The translations under genes and the position numbers were made by a program. DNA of 64,000 nt from Nitrosopumilus sp. (GTDB lineage: Archaea; Thermoproteota; Nitrososphaeria; Nitrososphaerales; Nitrosopumilaceae). The stretch lies in the NCBI GenBank assembly GCA_965219345.1, contig OZ244732.1, forward strand, positions 1,024,001 through 1,088,000. Reading direction: 5' to 3'. This document shows, one piece after another, positions 38,717 to 49,744 of this stretch. Under the pieces are notes generated by a model, which did not search any database, had not been told where the DNA came from, and saw only the letters and a program-made list of their open reading frames with translations. Position 1 is the stretch's first letter. Each line of letters begins with the position of its first letter.

Positions 38717-39996
38717 TTATTTTCTAATCTCTATTTTTTTCTCTAAATTCTGTAACTGTCTTGATAAAGAATCAACAATTCTTCTCAACTCTGAATTGTC
38801 CTTCTGCATATCTGAATAGTTTCTGTCAATTTTTTCAGCATCTGATATTGTAACTGCATGTTCAACATCAAGATAGGTTCTGGCTCGTACTTTGTCATTT
38901 TGTCTATAGTAGAGTAATCTGATACTCTTGTGTCCCATCAATGCTTCTGCAAAGTCTGATTGGTGTGTGCATCAGTTACTTGTGTCTTAAACCAGGCACG
39001 AAATGCATGAAAATGAATTGAGCTTCTACCATTTTCATTTTTTGCATCAAGTTCTGGAATGTTTCTGATCAGAACAGATAGTTGCTTTTCTAGATTGTGG
39101 TTTGTTGATAACACACTTTTGGCATATCGTTCCTCTTTGGTTATGTTTGTAAGATTAGACTCTAAAATCTTGATATTTTTCTTATCCATTTTTTGAAGAC
39201 CAATATTGTTGTATTGGTTTTTTACCAATCTATCTCTAAGACGTCTTAGTCTATCTTCATGTTGTAGTAAAAACAGATAATCTTCATTCTTCATAGGTCT
39301 ATTCTTCCTGGATAGATAATCCTTCAAAGCACTAACAGCTTCTGATGAAATGTGAGTGATTCTAGTTTCTTGAGTCTTTGTAGTTTCTGCTCTTACAGTA
39401 ATTGTGGCAGGTTCTAGTGTAAAATCAATATCTGAGAATCGAAGTTGTACTATTTCTCCTATTCTCATCCCACTGGAGCAGGCAATGAGTATGACTGCTG
39501 CTAACTTGGCATTTGCCAATCTAATTATTCTGTTAATAACATCTTTTGTTAGTACCTTTTCATAGACATAGATTTTTCGTGGAAGCTTGAATCTCTGCTT
39601 TACACCTTCATTGTATATTTTACAACCCTCACCATTTAGAAATTCCTTTGCCACCCTGATATAGTCACATATTGTCTGGTTGCTATACCCAATCTTCTCT
39701 GAATTTTCTCGTTTACATTCTGCTAAAAACGAGTAAAAATTATCCAAGACTTAGATTGGATCTATTTCTTTTGCTTCTATTTTTTGTAATAATTCTCCAA
39801 GATCTAGATTATACTGTATACCTAGGAATTTCATGAATCTCTTTAATGCCGAATTGTAGGTACCTTTTGTTGAGAAACTGCGTGATGTTCTAAACTTTCG
39901 CTCAAGGAACCTAGCTATTTTATCTTGAATACTCTGAATTTGCATCTGTTCTGCGGTTTTCTCTGAATTACTTAAAGACCGAAGCGATAAAGTCAC
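38717..39996 (-). pseudogene. Tyrosine recombinase/integrase, inactivated
   Basis: SSGMRIGE, TTKT, HFHAFRAWF and LMGH...Y motifs. There is an in-frame TAA at 39751-39753 and a CA-slippage frameshift near 38965. Confidence 0.9.
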
Positions 39997-40018
39997 TATA
40001 AATTATAATTGTTGATGA

Positions 40019-40810
40019 CTAAAACTCCGCTTCTTCTAATGCCTTAGCACAAGAACAACTTCTAGTTTTAGGAATTTTATCAATCAATTCTGTTAATACT
40101 GTCTTTGTCTTCTCTACATTTTTTGAAAGTGTTTCTAATACTTGATCAGCAGTTACAGGCTTTTCAGCCCAAACGTCATAATCTGTAACAGTTGAAATTG
40201 ATGCATAGCATATCTGTGCTTCTCTTGCCAACTGACATTCTGGAACAAGTGTCATTCCAATGATATCTGCCCCAGTAGATCGATAGAATTTTGATTCTGC
40301 TTTAGTTGAAAATCGTGGACCTTCAATACAAACATAGGTACATTCTTTATGCATTTTCATATCCTGTTTTCCTGTTACCTGAAGAATTAATGATTGTAAT
40401 TCTGGACAAAAAGGATCAGCTACTGAAATATGAATCACTCTTCCTTCATTTGAAAATGAACCGTCTCTTGATTTAGTAAAATCTAAAAATTGTGATGGTA
40501 ATGCAAAGTGCCCAGGCTCCAATTCTTTTTTTAGGCTTCCAACTGCTGAAGGTGCTATGATCCTTGTAACTCCTAATTCCTTGAATGCCCAAATGTTCGC
40601 TTTAAAATTAATCATATGTGGTGGAATAGTGTGTTTTTTTCCATGTCTTGGAAGGAAAGCAATCTTTCTTCCTTTGAAAATTCCCACTGTAATGGTATCT
40701 GAAGGTTTACCATAAGGTGTATCAATATCCACTTCTTGTGCATTTTCAAGTAAACCTGAATCATAAATTCCTGTTCCCCCAAAAATTCCGATCTCAACAT
40801 CTTTTTCCAT
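40019..40810 (-). CDS. mtnP: S-methyl-5'-thioadenosine phosphorylase
   Basis: GIFGGTG, RHG..H.IPPH, EGPRFST.AES, GMT..PE and TDYD. Confidence 0.95.
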   Translation of the reverse strand: MEKDVEIGIFGGTGIYDSGLLENAQEVDIDTPYGKPSDTITVGIFKGRKIAFLPRHGKKHTIPPHMINFKANIWAFKELGVTRIIAPSAVGSLKKELEPGHFALPSQFLDFTKSRDGSFSNEGRVIHISVADPFCPELQSLILQVTGKQDMKMHKECTYVCIEGPRFSTKAESKFYRSTGADIIGMTLVPECQLAREAQICYASISTVTDYDVWAEKPVTADQVLETLSKNVEKTKTVLTELIDKIPKTRSCSCAKALEEAEF

Positions 40811-41334
40811 TAATACTTCACCAGTGATTTGCAGTCATACTTGCTGATTCCTTTCATTCCATTTAGTTCTGTTAACTCTATGATAAATGCAAAACCAGAA
40901 ATTTTCCCTCCTACTTTTTCAATTAATTTTGCAGATGCTTTTGCTGTACCTCCAGTTGCAAGTAAGTCGTCGCAAATTAGTATTCTTTGTCCTTCTTTGA
41001 TGATGTCTTTTTGAATTTCTATAATGTCCTTACCATATTCAATTGTGTATGATATTTTTGCAGTTTTTCCAGGCAATTTCCCTGCTTTTCTAATCATTAT
41101 CATGCCTTTGTTGTATCTTGAGGCTAAAACACTAGCTAAAATGAACCCTCTTGATTCAATTCCAGCAAACAAATCAATATCTTTTGGATGAAAATGTTTT
41201 GAAAACTCATCTGCAATTAAAGACAAAGCTGCAGGATCTTTCAAAATTGGACTAAAGTCTTTAAACAATATTCCTTTTTTAGGAAAATTGGGATATTCAA
41301 CAATTTTTTCTTTTAGGTTCATAAAAAAATTCAA
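40810..41334 (-). CDS. apt: Adenine phosphoribosyltransferase
   Basis: [27 protein letters not shown] and DDLLATGGT. Confidence 0.95.
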   Translation of the reverse strand: MNFFMNLKEKIVEYPNFPKKGILFKDFSPILKDPAALSLIADEFSKHFHPKDIDLFAGIESRGFILASVLASRYNKGMIMIRKAGKLPGKTAKISYTIEYGKDIIEIQKDIIKEGQRILICDDLLATGGTAKASAKLIEKVGGKISGFAFIIELTELNGMKGISKYDCKSLVKY

Positions 41335-41360
41335 AGTTAGTGGAATAAAATTGTTTGAAA

Positions 41361-43541
41361 TTATTGTAATTCAAAAGTAGTTTCTGCAGAATTAGACGCA
41401 TCCATCACTTTGATTGTATAAATTCCAGAACCGGTTTCTTTAGGAATTATCCATGACTGATTAATTTCTCCATGACTTGTTGCTTGGGATTCCAATTCCT
41501 CTATGACTAGGCCATCTTCAGTAATAATTTCAATTTGTACAGTTTGTTGGACACCAATCACTTTGATTGAAATTGTTTTTCCAAGATGGGATGTCTTTGG
41601 ATCATCTACTTCTTCAACTGTTATTTGCATTCCTTCCTGTAATATTGATAAAACTTCAATTTCTTTTTCGGCAGAGTTTGTTCCACTTGTTGCCTTGATT
41701 ATCCAAATTCCAGGTTCTGCATCACTTGGAATTCTAAAAGAACTTTCTGAAATCTTTCCATTCTTGTCTGAGAAAGTCTCTTTTACTTTAACTTCATTTC
41801 CATTAGAATCAGTCAATGTAATAGAAAGTACAGCATTTCTCCTCTCATTTTCTATATTTCCTAAAATCAAAACAGAGTCACCAGGTAGATAATTTATCTT
41901 TGTAGTATTGATTTCAATTTGACCTAAGCCTGACTGCAGACCCACTGCAAAGATCTCGGTACTTTGAGTATTTCCCTTACTAATTATGGCTGCATATACA
42001 CCAGATGAATGTCCTTCTAGATCAAGTGAATACGTTCCTCTACCATCTGGTTGCAATGTTATGGTTTCTGCTGATCCTATTGGTTTATCAGAAGGATCAA
42101 GAATAAGCAAACTAATTACATCTGAACCTTTTCCTATGATTGAAATTGTGGCTATTTCTCCTGCTTTGTAATTCAACTTGTCTAATTCTAAGTTAATTGG
42201 AGTTGAGGGTAATTGCCCAACTCCTGCAAAAATAAATTCTTTTTCATTTTCTTGTGTTGCAATTACAGTGTATGTTCCTTTTATTGCGCTTAATTCTGTT
42301 TGAAATTCAAATTCTACAAAACCAGAATCATCAATTTGAATAATATCTGAAAAAACTTCTTTTCCACGAGGATCTTCTAATATGACTTCAACTGGCTTGT
42401 TTGGCAAGGCTGTCCCATTAAATTTCATGATTTCACCTTCTTCAAACTTCAACTTAATTGGGGCTATGATTATTACTTTATCTGATTCTACTGTCCAGTG
42501 TTTTAGTATAGTTTCTCTTCCATCAGTAATGGTTGCACTGTATTTTCCTAATGGAGTGTCCAATGCTACAATGATTGGTTCATCTAATTTCCAATTTCCT
42601 TTGGAGTCTATTTCTGCTGTTCTTGAATTGATAATTTCTCCCTCAAATGTAGCAACTTCTGCTATTATTACATTACTAGGAGTTCCTGTTCCAAAAATCT
42701 CTAAAAAGTCACCTCCATGTATAACATCTGGAATTCCTTGAATTGTAAGTTTGATATTTTCTGATTCTGGAATTATATTTTCAGCCTCTTCTATTCTGAG
42801 ACTAATCTTTTTTTCTTCCCCATCTTTGTCTTTTACTATGAAATCTACTATTTTAGCTATTTGTTCTTGAGGAATTTTCATTGTTGTTATAAAGTGACCA
42901 TTTTCATCTGTTTCAAAACTACCAATTTTTTTCGAATCTATGTAAAAATCAAATTCTTGAGATGTACCAAATCCATCTCCTGTAACCCTAATTGATGAAC
43001 CAACGTTTGGTTTTTCTGGAATTATTCTAAAGATTGATTCTGTAGACATATTTGGACCTGTGTTCTCTAAAATTTGATCTTGCTTAAGTTCTGTATTTTG
43101 AATTACTTCTGGCAGTTTTCCTGATAACACTTTACCAGTACCCAATATGTTATCTCCTTTGTCTAATGCCTTCCAATTAATTCCAGGTTTTGCTTTATCT
43201 GTTTTAACACCAAACTTAACAGATTCACCTGGTTTGATTGTTTCAGACGAAGTAAAAATTATGACTCCCAGTGGAGTTTTTTCGCCCATCCAACCTTTTT
43301 CTGTTTTAAAAGATTTGAAACTGAAATCACTTCCAAGCCAAATTCTAAAAGTATTAACCGCTTCATCGGAATCATTTGTAAATTCAATAATTGTTGTTTC
43401 TTCAAACGCAAAACTTTTGATATTAATTTCTTCTGCATTTACATTTGATGGGATTACAAAAAGTACTAATGAAAATAATAATATAATTGAAAGGAAAATT
43501 CCTCTCGTCGAGGATTTATTCATGTAATTCAGCCTAATCAT
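41361..43541 (-). CDS. Large secreted multi-Ig-like surface protein
   Basis: Signal peptide and repeated beta-sandwich modules (G.Y.I.A). Confidence 0.75.
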   Translation of the reverse strand: MIRLNYMNKSSTRGIFLSIILLFSLVLFVIPSNVNAEEINIKSFAFEETTIIEFTNDSDEAVNTFRIWLGSDFSFKSFKTEKGWMGEKTPLGVIIFTSSETIKPGESVKFGVKTDKAKPGINWKALDKGDNILGTGKVLSGKLPEVIQNTELKQDQILENTGPNMSTESIFRIIPEKPNVGSSIRVTGDGFGTSQEFDFYIDSKKIGSFETDENGHFITTMKIPQEQIAKIVDFIVKDKDGEEKKISLRIEEAENIIPESENIKLTIQGIPDVIHGGDFLEIFGTGTPSNVIIAEVATFEGEIINSRTAEIDSKGNWKLDEPIIVALDTPLGKYSATITDGRETILKHWTVESDKVIIIAPIKLKFEEGEIMKFNGTALPNKPVEVILEDPRGKEVFSDIIQIDDSGFVEFEFQTELSAIKGTYTVIATQENEKEFIFAGVGQLPSTPINLELDKLNYKAGEIATISIIGKGSDVISLLILDPSDKPIGSAETITLQPDGRGTYSLDLEGHSSGVYAAIISKGNTQSTEIFAVGLQSGLGQIEINTTKINYLPGDSVLILGNIENERRNAVLSITLTDSNGNEVKVKETFSDKNGKISESSFRIPSDAEPGIWIIKATSGTNSAEKEIEVLSILQEGMQITVEEVDDPKTSHLGKTISIKVIGVQQTVQIEIITEDGLVIEELESQATSHGEINQSWIIPKETGSGIYTIKVMDASNSAETTFELQ

Positions 43542-43621
43542 CTCTCACTTAAACCTTGAAGACTTTTTCCCAATCTTCTATTTCTTAGTTCAGTATTTTT
43601 CATGAGAAACCTTCTTAAATC

Positions 43622-45715
43622 TTAAGCCTTAGCCTTTTGAAATTTAGCTAGGTCTTGTTTTTTAACTACATTTTGATATTGTCTAATTCTTTCAGCAATT
43701 AATCTATATAATGATCTGAATTGGTCTTTAGTTTTGTCTGATAGAAAACTAGTCTCTTCGAGTGCAATTTTTTCACATATGTATCTGGTGATCTCTACAT
43801 AGTCAAATTCTCCCCAATCGTCTTCTCTATGCTCTTCCCAAATCTTTCTCAATTTGCCTAAGATTCCTTTACTTTCTTTAGAAGCAACATCTTGAGGTGC
43901 AAGATTTGAAAATCCCTCATGCCTCAACTTTATTTCATAAGTCTGATTTACTACATGTAAATAATCTTCAAGAACGATATAATCTTCAATTGATTCTATC
44001 TTTTTTCCTTCTCTCTCAAAGAAGATGGTCTGAATTGATGAGAATTCATTTGAGACTAACTGGGCCGAAATTTGCTTGGATTCTTCAGTATTATCTAATA
44101 AAATAAATGTCCTGTAGCCATGATTTCTGTAAAATATTGCTAAAGGTAAAACTGAATTTTTGTTGTATGCAGTAACAACATTGAGAGGATTCATTGATAT
44201 ATTTGGATCTTGTAAGAATTTGTCAAAGGCATTTAGATACATTGAATCAGACATTGTCTCTACAATAATTACTGGTCTGGAGTTTGTTCCAATCTCTCTG
44301 TCTACAATAGATTCAACCTGACCTCTAGACAGTCCATACAAAATTGGTGTTAACGTCTTATCATCCGCATTCCAATAATCATAAAAGATTCTGCTGAGGT
44401 GTTTTCTCTTGTCTAACTCAACAACAAGAAGGTTGCCTGGAGTATAGTCAAAGATCATAAATGGTGAATGTGTTGCATACAATACTTGGTTAGAACCAGC
44501 TAAATTTTTTAATAAATCTGAAATTCCCATTTGTTGTGTAGGATGAAGATTTCTCGCAGGCTCATCTAAAAGTAATATTGCTTCTTTTAATTCTGATCTT
44601 TGTGTTTCAGCTGTAAAGTTTACAATAAAAGAAAATGTCCACTTAAAACCTTCTGCCCTTCTATTTAACAATCCTGTATTTGTAATTGTTCCATCTCTGT
44701 GAACATCTGAAATTACAACACTCAGGATATTTCCTGGATTATATCTCAAGTCTACATGGATTGGATCTCCTTTCCATGTTGGATTCAATCTACGAGTCAA
44801 TCTATTACCTGCAGTATTAAGAAGTTTGATACATTTTGAAGGACTATCTTTTACTTCATCTAATTCTTTCAGATCTAATTCAGCTAGATAGAATAGATTT
44901 CTTACTGTCTCTGCTTTGTCAAATTCTTCAACATATTCAATTGAATTCGTTCTTTCTCCTTTCTCTTCTTTGATATACTCATTAAGATTGATATTGCCAT
45001 AGATTTTTTTATAATCTGAAAAATAAACAAATCTTGGATGTAGTTCAGCTGCAATAAAATTTTGTAATGTTGTTTTTTGACTTTCACCACTTAGAAGATT
45101 AGAAAATTGGTTTTCTGGGCTTTCATAAATTTTTTCCCATTCCTCAATGACTTTGGGTTCTTGAATGGCTATTACATGGAATTGATTACTAAATTCTGCC
45201 ATTTCACTATCAAATGCTTCTTGATTCTTTGGAACTGATCCCTCAAAGAATTTTGTATCAATCAATATTCTGAGATGGTTTGGAATAGTATCTAAAAATC
45301 CAAGAATTTGCTTTGAGAAATTTTCCCACGAATTGAGTCCTTCATCTTCATCTTCACTAAGTTCAAGATTTTCAAATTCGTATTGAACAGTTGGATTCCG
45401 ATTTGTTCTAAATAATTTGATTTTTTTTATTTCTGGTATCCCCGAAAATTTTTCTTTTATTAAACCAATTTCATTTTGATTTAGTTCAAATTCTCCTTCT
45501 GCCAATCTAATCTCATCTTTGAGCTCTTCATCCATTTCGTCACAAAGATCTAGTTCTGAAACTTGTTCATCAATATTCAACAAGGTTAATGCCTGAAGAA
45601 TAGTAGTCTTCCCACTTTCATTTCTTCCAATAAAAGCTGCTAAATCACCAACTGTTATTTCCCCAGAATCATGAATACAACGATATGCTCTAACTCTAAA
45701 TTTTCTAAGTCGCAT
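43622..45715 (-). CDS. OLD-family-like ABC ATPase with C-terminal TOPRIM-like domain
   Basis: GRNESGKTT, LLLDEP..NLHP, ATHSP and IIVETMSD. Confidence 0.8.
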   Translation of the reverse strand: MRLRKFRVRAYRCIHDSGEITVGDLAAFIGRNESGKTTILQALTLLNIDEQVSELDLCDEMDEELKDEIRLAEGEFELNQNEIGLIKEKFSGIPEIKKIKLFRTNRNPTVQYEFENLELSEDEDEGLNSWENFSKQILGFLDTIPNHLRILIDTKFFEGSVPKNQEAFDSEMAEFSNQFHVIAIQEPKVIEEWEKIYESPENQFSNLLSGESQKTTLQNFIAAELHPRFVYFSDYKKIYGNINLNEYIKEEKGERTNSIEYVEEFDKAETVRNLFYLAELDLKELDEVKDSPSKCIKLLNTAGNRLTRRLNPTWKGDPIHVDLRYNPGNILSVVISDVHRDGTITNTGLLNRRAEGFKWTFSFIVNFTAETQRSELKEAILLLDEPARNLHPTQQMGISDLLKNLAGSNQVLYATHSPFMIFDYTPGNLLVVELDKRKHLSRIFYDYWNADDKTLTPILYGLSRGQVESIVDREIGTNSRPVIIVETMSDSMYLNAFDKFLQDPNISMNPLNVVTAYNKNSVLPLAIFYRNHGYRTFILLDNTEESKQISAQLVSNEFSSIQTIFFEREGKKIESIEDYIVLEDYLHVVNQTYEIKLRHEGFSNLAPQDVASKESKGILGKLRKIWEEHREDDWGEFDYVEITRYICEKIALEETSFLSDKTKDQFRSLYRLIAERIRQYQNVVKKQDLAKFQKAKA

Positions 45716-45823
45716 CTAGCGATATTTGGCTGGCTACGATTTAACTCATTCGTCAAATTGATCTTATGTTTTCATAAAATTTTTTCAAATAGATTATAAG
45801 GGAATCATAGATTTTAAAACAAA

Positions 45824-46288
45824 ATGGCAACTAAAAAAGTTCTTGTTGTATTTGTATTACCTGTAATTTTTTCACTAATTTTTGGTTCTGCAGTAATGGC
45901 TGACATTCTCCAGAAACCAGATAGAGAATTAAACATGTGGCCAATATCTACCTCGGAAGGATTTTCCTCTAATAATGCTCAAATTGAAATCATTGGTTTA
46001 TTGAAACAATATTCCACTTCAGAACATATAGAAATTCAAGTCAAAATTGATGATTCTTCATTTAATTGTGGAGATCTTTATGTTACCATTTATTCAATTG
46101 GGAGAAATGATGTGATTAATCAAAATGGATTCTTTGAACAATGCTTTGAAAAAGGAAGTAAAATTCTTCCTGTTGGAGATGAGTTCTCAAAAGTAATTGA
46201 TACCCCAGGTTCTTATGAAATAGTCGTGGAAATAGTTTCAAAAAAACTCATGAATATCTCAACAAGTGAGGTATTTACTGTTAAATAG
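45824..46288 (+). CDS. Membrane-anchored hypothetical protein
   Basis: N-terminal TM helix and a beta-rich domain. Confidence 0.7.
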   Translation: MATKKVLVVFVLPVIFSLIFGSAVMADILQKPDRELNMWPISTSEGFSSNNAQIEIIGLLKQYSTSEHIEIQVKIDDSSFNCGDLYVTIYSIGRNDVINQNGFFEQCFEKGSKILPVGDEFSKVIDTPGSYEIVVEIVSKKLMNISTSEVFTVK

Positions 46289-46340
46289 GAATGGATTATT
46301 GAATGATAAATAATAAATTGAATTTAAAAAGTGAGGTGAC

Positions 46341-47342
46341 TTGATGGCAAAGAAAAAAGACTCTCTAATTGATGAAGCAGAAAAAATTAAAGCAGAACTT
46401 GATGAACTAAAAAAGAAAAAGAAAATTTTAGATCTATCTCTGGCAAAGAAAACAACCAAGAAAACGACAAAGAAAGTTGAGGCAAAACCAGCAAAGAAAA
46501 CGACAAAGAAAGTTGAGGCAAAACCAGCAAAGAAAACGACAAAGAAAGTTGAGGCAAAACCAGCAAAGAAAACGACAAAGAAAGTTGAGGCAAAACCAGC
46601 AAAGAAAACGACAAAGAAAGTTGAGGCAAAACCAGCAAAGAAAACGACAAAGAAAGTTGAGGCAAAACCAGCAAAGAAAACGACAAAGAAAGTTGAGGCA
46701 AAACCAGCAAAGAAAACGACAAAGAAAGTTGAGGCAAAACCAGCAAAGAAAACGACAAAGAAAGTTGAGGCAAAACCAGCAAAGAAAACGACAAAGAAAG
46801 TTGAGGCAAAACCAGCAAAGAAAACGACAAAGAAAGTTGAGGCAAAACCAGAAAAAGTAAAAAAATTAACTAAAAAAGAGTTAGAAGAAGCTAAAAAGGA
46901 AGCTGAAAAAACATTAGAAGAAGAATTAGAAGAACAACTTTCTGATGAAGAAATTGAAAACTTCCAAATTGAGAAAGTTGACATGGAAAGACTCACTAAC
47001 AAAGTTTGTGATATTTTAGCAGAACGTGAATCAGATGGAATGTTTCAAAGTGAATTGTGGAAAAAACTTAAACTTACAAGTCGTGATGGTTCTCGTTTAG
47101 CATTAAAACTAGAACGAATGGGAACAATTACTAGAGAAAAACTTCTTGAGAAGGGTCGTTGGACTTACAAATTAATTTTAAAGAAAACCCCAATTAGTAC
47201 ACAATCAATCGAAAATGCTCCTTGCTTGGTTTGTCCTGTTGAACAGAAGTGTTCACTTGAAGGTGAAATTAGCCCAAGAAATTGTCAATTTATTGAAGAT
47301 TGGGTAATTGCTGAAATGAAAAAACCTGTGAAGTCTAAATGA
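46341..47342 (+). CDS. TFE-beta/RPC34-like factor (wHTH + Fe-S cluster) with Lys-rich repeat N-terminus
   Basis: GMFQSELWKKLKL.SRDGSR wHTH and PCLVCPVEQKC...ISPRNC...W Cys cluster. Confidence 0.75.
   Translation: MMAKKKDSLIDEAEKIKAELDELKKKKKILDLSLAKKTTKKTTKKVEAKPAKKTTKKVEAKPAKKTTKKVEAKPAKKTTKKVEAKPAKKTTKKVEAKPAKKTTKKVEAKPAKKTTKKVEAKPAKKTTKKVEAKPAKKTTKKVEAKPAKKTTKKVEAKPAKKTTKKVEAKPEKVKKLTKKELEEAKKEAEKTLEEELEEQLSDEEIENFQIEKVDMERLTNKVCDILAERESDGMFQSELWKKLKLTSRDGSRLALKLERMGTITREKLLEKGRWTYKLILKKTPISTQSIENAPCLVCPVEQKCSLEGEISPRNCQFIEDWVIAEMKKPVKSK
46458..46851 (+). repeat. 36-bp coding tandem repeat (KKTTKKVEAKPA) x11
   Basis: Perfect DNA copies of AAGAAAACGACAAAGAAAGTTGAGGCAAAACCAGCA; the last copy ends GAA. 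Confidence 0.95.
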
Positions 47343-47932
47343 AACTATTAGATGCTCGTAAAGATCATTATCGGAAATTAGCACATGAACAAGGTTTTCG
47401 AAGCAGAGCTGCATTCAAACTCAAAGAACTAAATCAGTCTTATCGTATAATTGGTCCTGGATTTAATGTTCTTGATTTAGGATGTGCTCCTGGAGGATGG
47501 ACTCAGATGGCTGTAAAATTAGCAGGTAACCAAGGTAAGGTCATGGGAATTGATTTATCTTATGTTGAAGAGATTCCTGGTGCCTATATTATTAGAGAAA
47601 ATATTGAGGATGAGCATGTGATTGATGAGATTATGTCGTATTTTGAGCGTAAAGTTAATGCTGTAATTTGTGATCTTTCTCCTAAGGTTAGCGGAAATTG
47701 GTCAGTTGATCATGCTAAACAAGTTTCTCTGAATTATGATTGTACAAAAATTATGGATAAAGTTTTAGCAAACAAAGGAAATGCTGTATTCAAAGTTTTT
47801 GATGGTGAATACTCGATGGAGTTTATAGATTATGTAAAGAAGAAATTTTCTAGGATAAATCTTACAAAACCTAAAGCCAGTAGAAAACAAAGTAGTGAAC
47901 TATACTGTGTTTGTCTGGGTTTTACTGGATAG
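47339..47932 (+). CDS. rlmE: 23S rRNA 2'-O-methyltransferase RlmE/FtsJ
   Basis: RSRAAFKL, DLGCAPGGW, KVF and KPKASRKQSSE. Confidence 0.95.
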   Translation: MKLLDARKDHYRKLAHEQGFRSRAAFKLKELNQSYRIIGPGFNVLDLGCAPGGWTQMAVKLAGNQGKVMGIDLSYVEEIPGAYIIRENIEDEHVIDEIMSYFERKVNAVICDLSPKVSGNWSVDHAKQVSLNYDCTKIMDKVLANKGNAVFKVFDGEYSMEFIDYVKKKFSRINLTKPKASRKQSSELYCVCLGFTG

Positions 47933-49070
47933 TCTGAAATATTTTAATTATTTCATTTATTTTTGCGTCAGTCTTAAATCCTGTTGGACTAAATGATGTG
48001 ACACTTGCCACAAAGTTGTTTTTTTGTAAATTTGATATTGCATTTTCTAATTTTGGAGGGGATGATTTCATTTTAGATGCAACCTCATCCAGTGTGAAAT
48101 ATGTTCCTGGCATTTCTGATTCTTCAAGACATTTGTGAAGTGTTTTTTCACAAACTTTGTCTACTTGTAAATTTGTAATTTCTAAAATCATGTTTTCAAT
48201 AAATCCTTTGTTGAAAATTTTTCCAATCCATAAAGGTCCTGCAATACTAATTTTTAATCTACATAATTCACATACTTGTTCCTGCTCTAATGAAATTTTT
48301 CTATGTCCACAATTTTTACAATGCAGAATATACCCGATGTTTTCTTGCAGATCTCGTCTGTTTTGAACTTTAACATATATTCTATAGTAATGCATGTCAC
48401 TTTCGACAAACATAGGAAGTATTTCAACTCCTAATCGTGCTGCTACCAATCTTAGGGAACCAAGAATTAATCTAATTGCAATTTCATTTCCATATTCAGT
48501 TCTTACTGGAATTCCACCGTACTTTCTCTTGCACGCTCCTTGAAAGAGTCCATTTAGAACTTGAAGATCTGTAGCTGCTGTTGATAAAATTCCTCCATGC
48601 ATAGTTGCTCTTATACCACAGTCAAAAAATGCTGCAGGAGAGCCGAATGGATCTATGTCTACAATTGAGCCTCTCTCGCCTTTTTTTGAATAATTACTCA
48701 AAAATCTACAAACCTCTTTTTCAGAAAATTCAATATTGCTTAGATTGTTCAATTTAGCTGAATATTGAGCAATTTTTAGAGCCGTTGGATTTAGATCATT
48801 GATTACTATATTTTCAACTTTTAACTCATTAGCAACTCGTAATCCTCTTGCACCGATCCCTGACAATCCTTCCAAGAAAATCTTTGGGCCCTGAAAATTT
48901 TTTAGAAATGCAGCATATGCAATTACTGAAAAATCTCTATTCAATTTTGCTTTTGGATTGAAAAATGCTGGTTTTTTTGGTGGAACTTTTTCTGTAATTG
49001 ATTTTTTTGGGACAAGTATCTTTGTTTTACCCTCTATGATCTCTTGAAAAGATTCATTTGGAATTTCCAA
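47922..49070 (-). CDS. trm1: tRNA (guanine26-N2)-dimethyltransferase
   Basis: FFNP...NRD, G.RGLR, DIDPFGSP and GPLWIG. Confidence 0.93.
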   Translation of the reverse strand: MEIPNESFQEIIEGKTKILVPKKSITEKVPPKKPAFFNPKAKLNRDFSVIAYAAFLKNFQGPKIFLEGLSGIGARGLRVANELKVENIVINDLNPTALKIAQYSAKLNNLSNIEFSEKEVCRFLSNYSKKGERGSIVDIDPFGSPAAFFDCGIRATMHGGILSTAATDLQVLNGLFQGACKRKYGGIPVRTEYGNEIAIRLILGSLRLVAARLGVEILPMFVESDMHYYRIYVKVQNRRDLQENIGYILHCKNCGHRKISLEQEQVCELCRLKISIAGPLWIGKIFNKGFIENMILEITNLQVDKVCEKTLHKCLEESEMPGTYFTLDEVASKMKSSPPKLENAISNLQKNNFVASVTSFSPTGFKTDAKINEIIKIFQTIQ

Positions 49071-49108
49071 TTATTTTCTGTTTTTCTTAGTGTATAACGG
49101 TTTAATAC

Positions 49109-49744
49109 TTGTGCTTTGAGACAAAATTCGTGCAAATTTGTGGTATTGATGAAGCTGGACGTGGTTCCATGTTAGGACCATTAGTAATAGCTGGAATTTC
49201 CTTGGATAAAAAAAATTTAAGAAAACTATCCTCAATAGGAGTAAAAGATTCAAAAAAACTTTCCCCTAAATTACGTGAAGATCTTTACAAAAAAATTATT
49301 GAGATTGCTGATGATTATTACATTACAAAAATTTCTCCAAGATCTATTGATGCCAGTGTTAGGAAACATCGTCTAAATGGTTTAGAAGCAAAATATATGG
49401 CCAAAGTTGTTTCAAAACTAAACCCAAACACATCATATGTTGATTCATGTGATGTAAATCCAAGAAGATTTGGAAAAGAAATATCCAAACTATCTGATAA
49501 TCATAAAATCAAATCATATCATCATGCAGATAGCAGGTTTGTAGTAGTTTCTGCTGCATCCATTCTTGCAAAGGTTACACGAGATAGAACAATTGCAAAG
49601 TTAAGAAAAAATCATAATTTGGGAAGTGGTTATCCTTCAGATTTACTAAGTGTGAAATTTGTGACTAAATATTACAAAATTAACCATGTTATGCCAAGTT
49701 TTGTACGTAAAAGCTGGAAGCCTATTCAGCGAATCCTGAAATAA
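49109..49744 (+). CDS. rnhB: Ribonuclease HII
   Basis: GIDEAGRG, DSKKL, SAASILAKV.RD and GSGYPSD; the true start may be GTG 49130. Confidence 0.95.
   Translation: MCFETKFVQICGIDEAGRGSMLGPLVIAGISLDKKNLRKLSSIGVKDSKKLSPKLREDLYKKIIEIADDYYITKISPRSIDASVRKHRLNGLEAKYMAKVVSKLNPNTSYVDSCDVNPRRFGKEISKLSDNHKIKSYHHADSRFVVVSAASILAKVTRDRTIAKLRKNHNLGSGYPSDLLSVKFVTKYYKINHVMPSFVRKSWKPIQRILK

Larger units (their letters stand above)
35221..40023. mobile_element. Decayed integrative element/defence islet (~4.8 kb) bounded by a 15-bp direct repeat TTGTTGATGACTAAA
   Basis: Repeat at 35221-35235 and 40009-40023, a tyrosine integrase pseudogene next to one end, and accessory cargo between. Confidence 0.9.

Noticed and set aside
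43622-45715. OLD-like ATPase as part of a Gabija or retron defence system
   Set aside because: No partner helicase or RT is nearby, and it sits among core genes.
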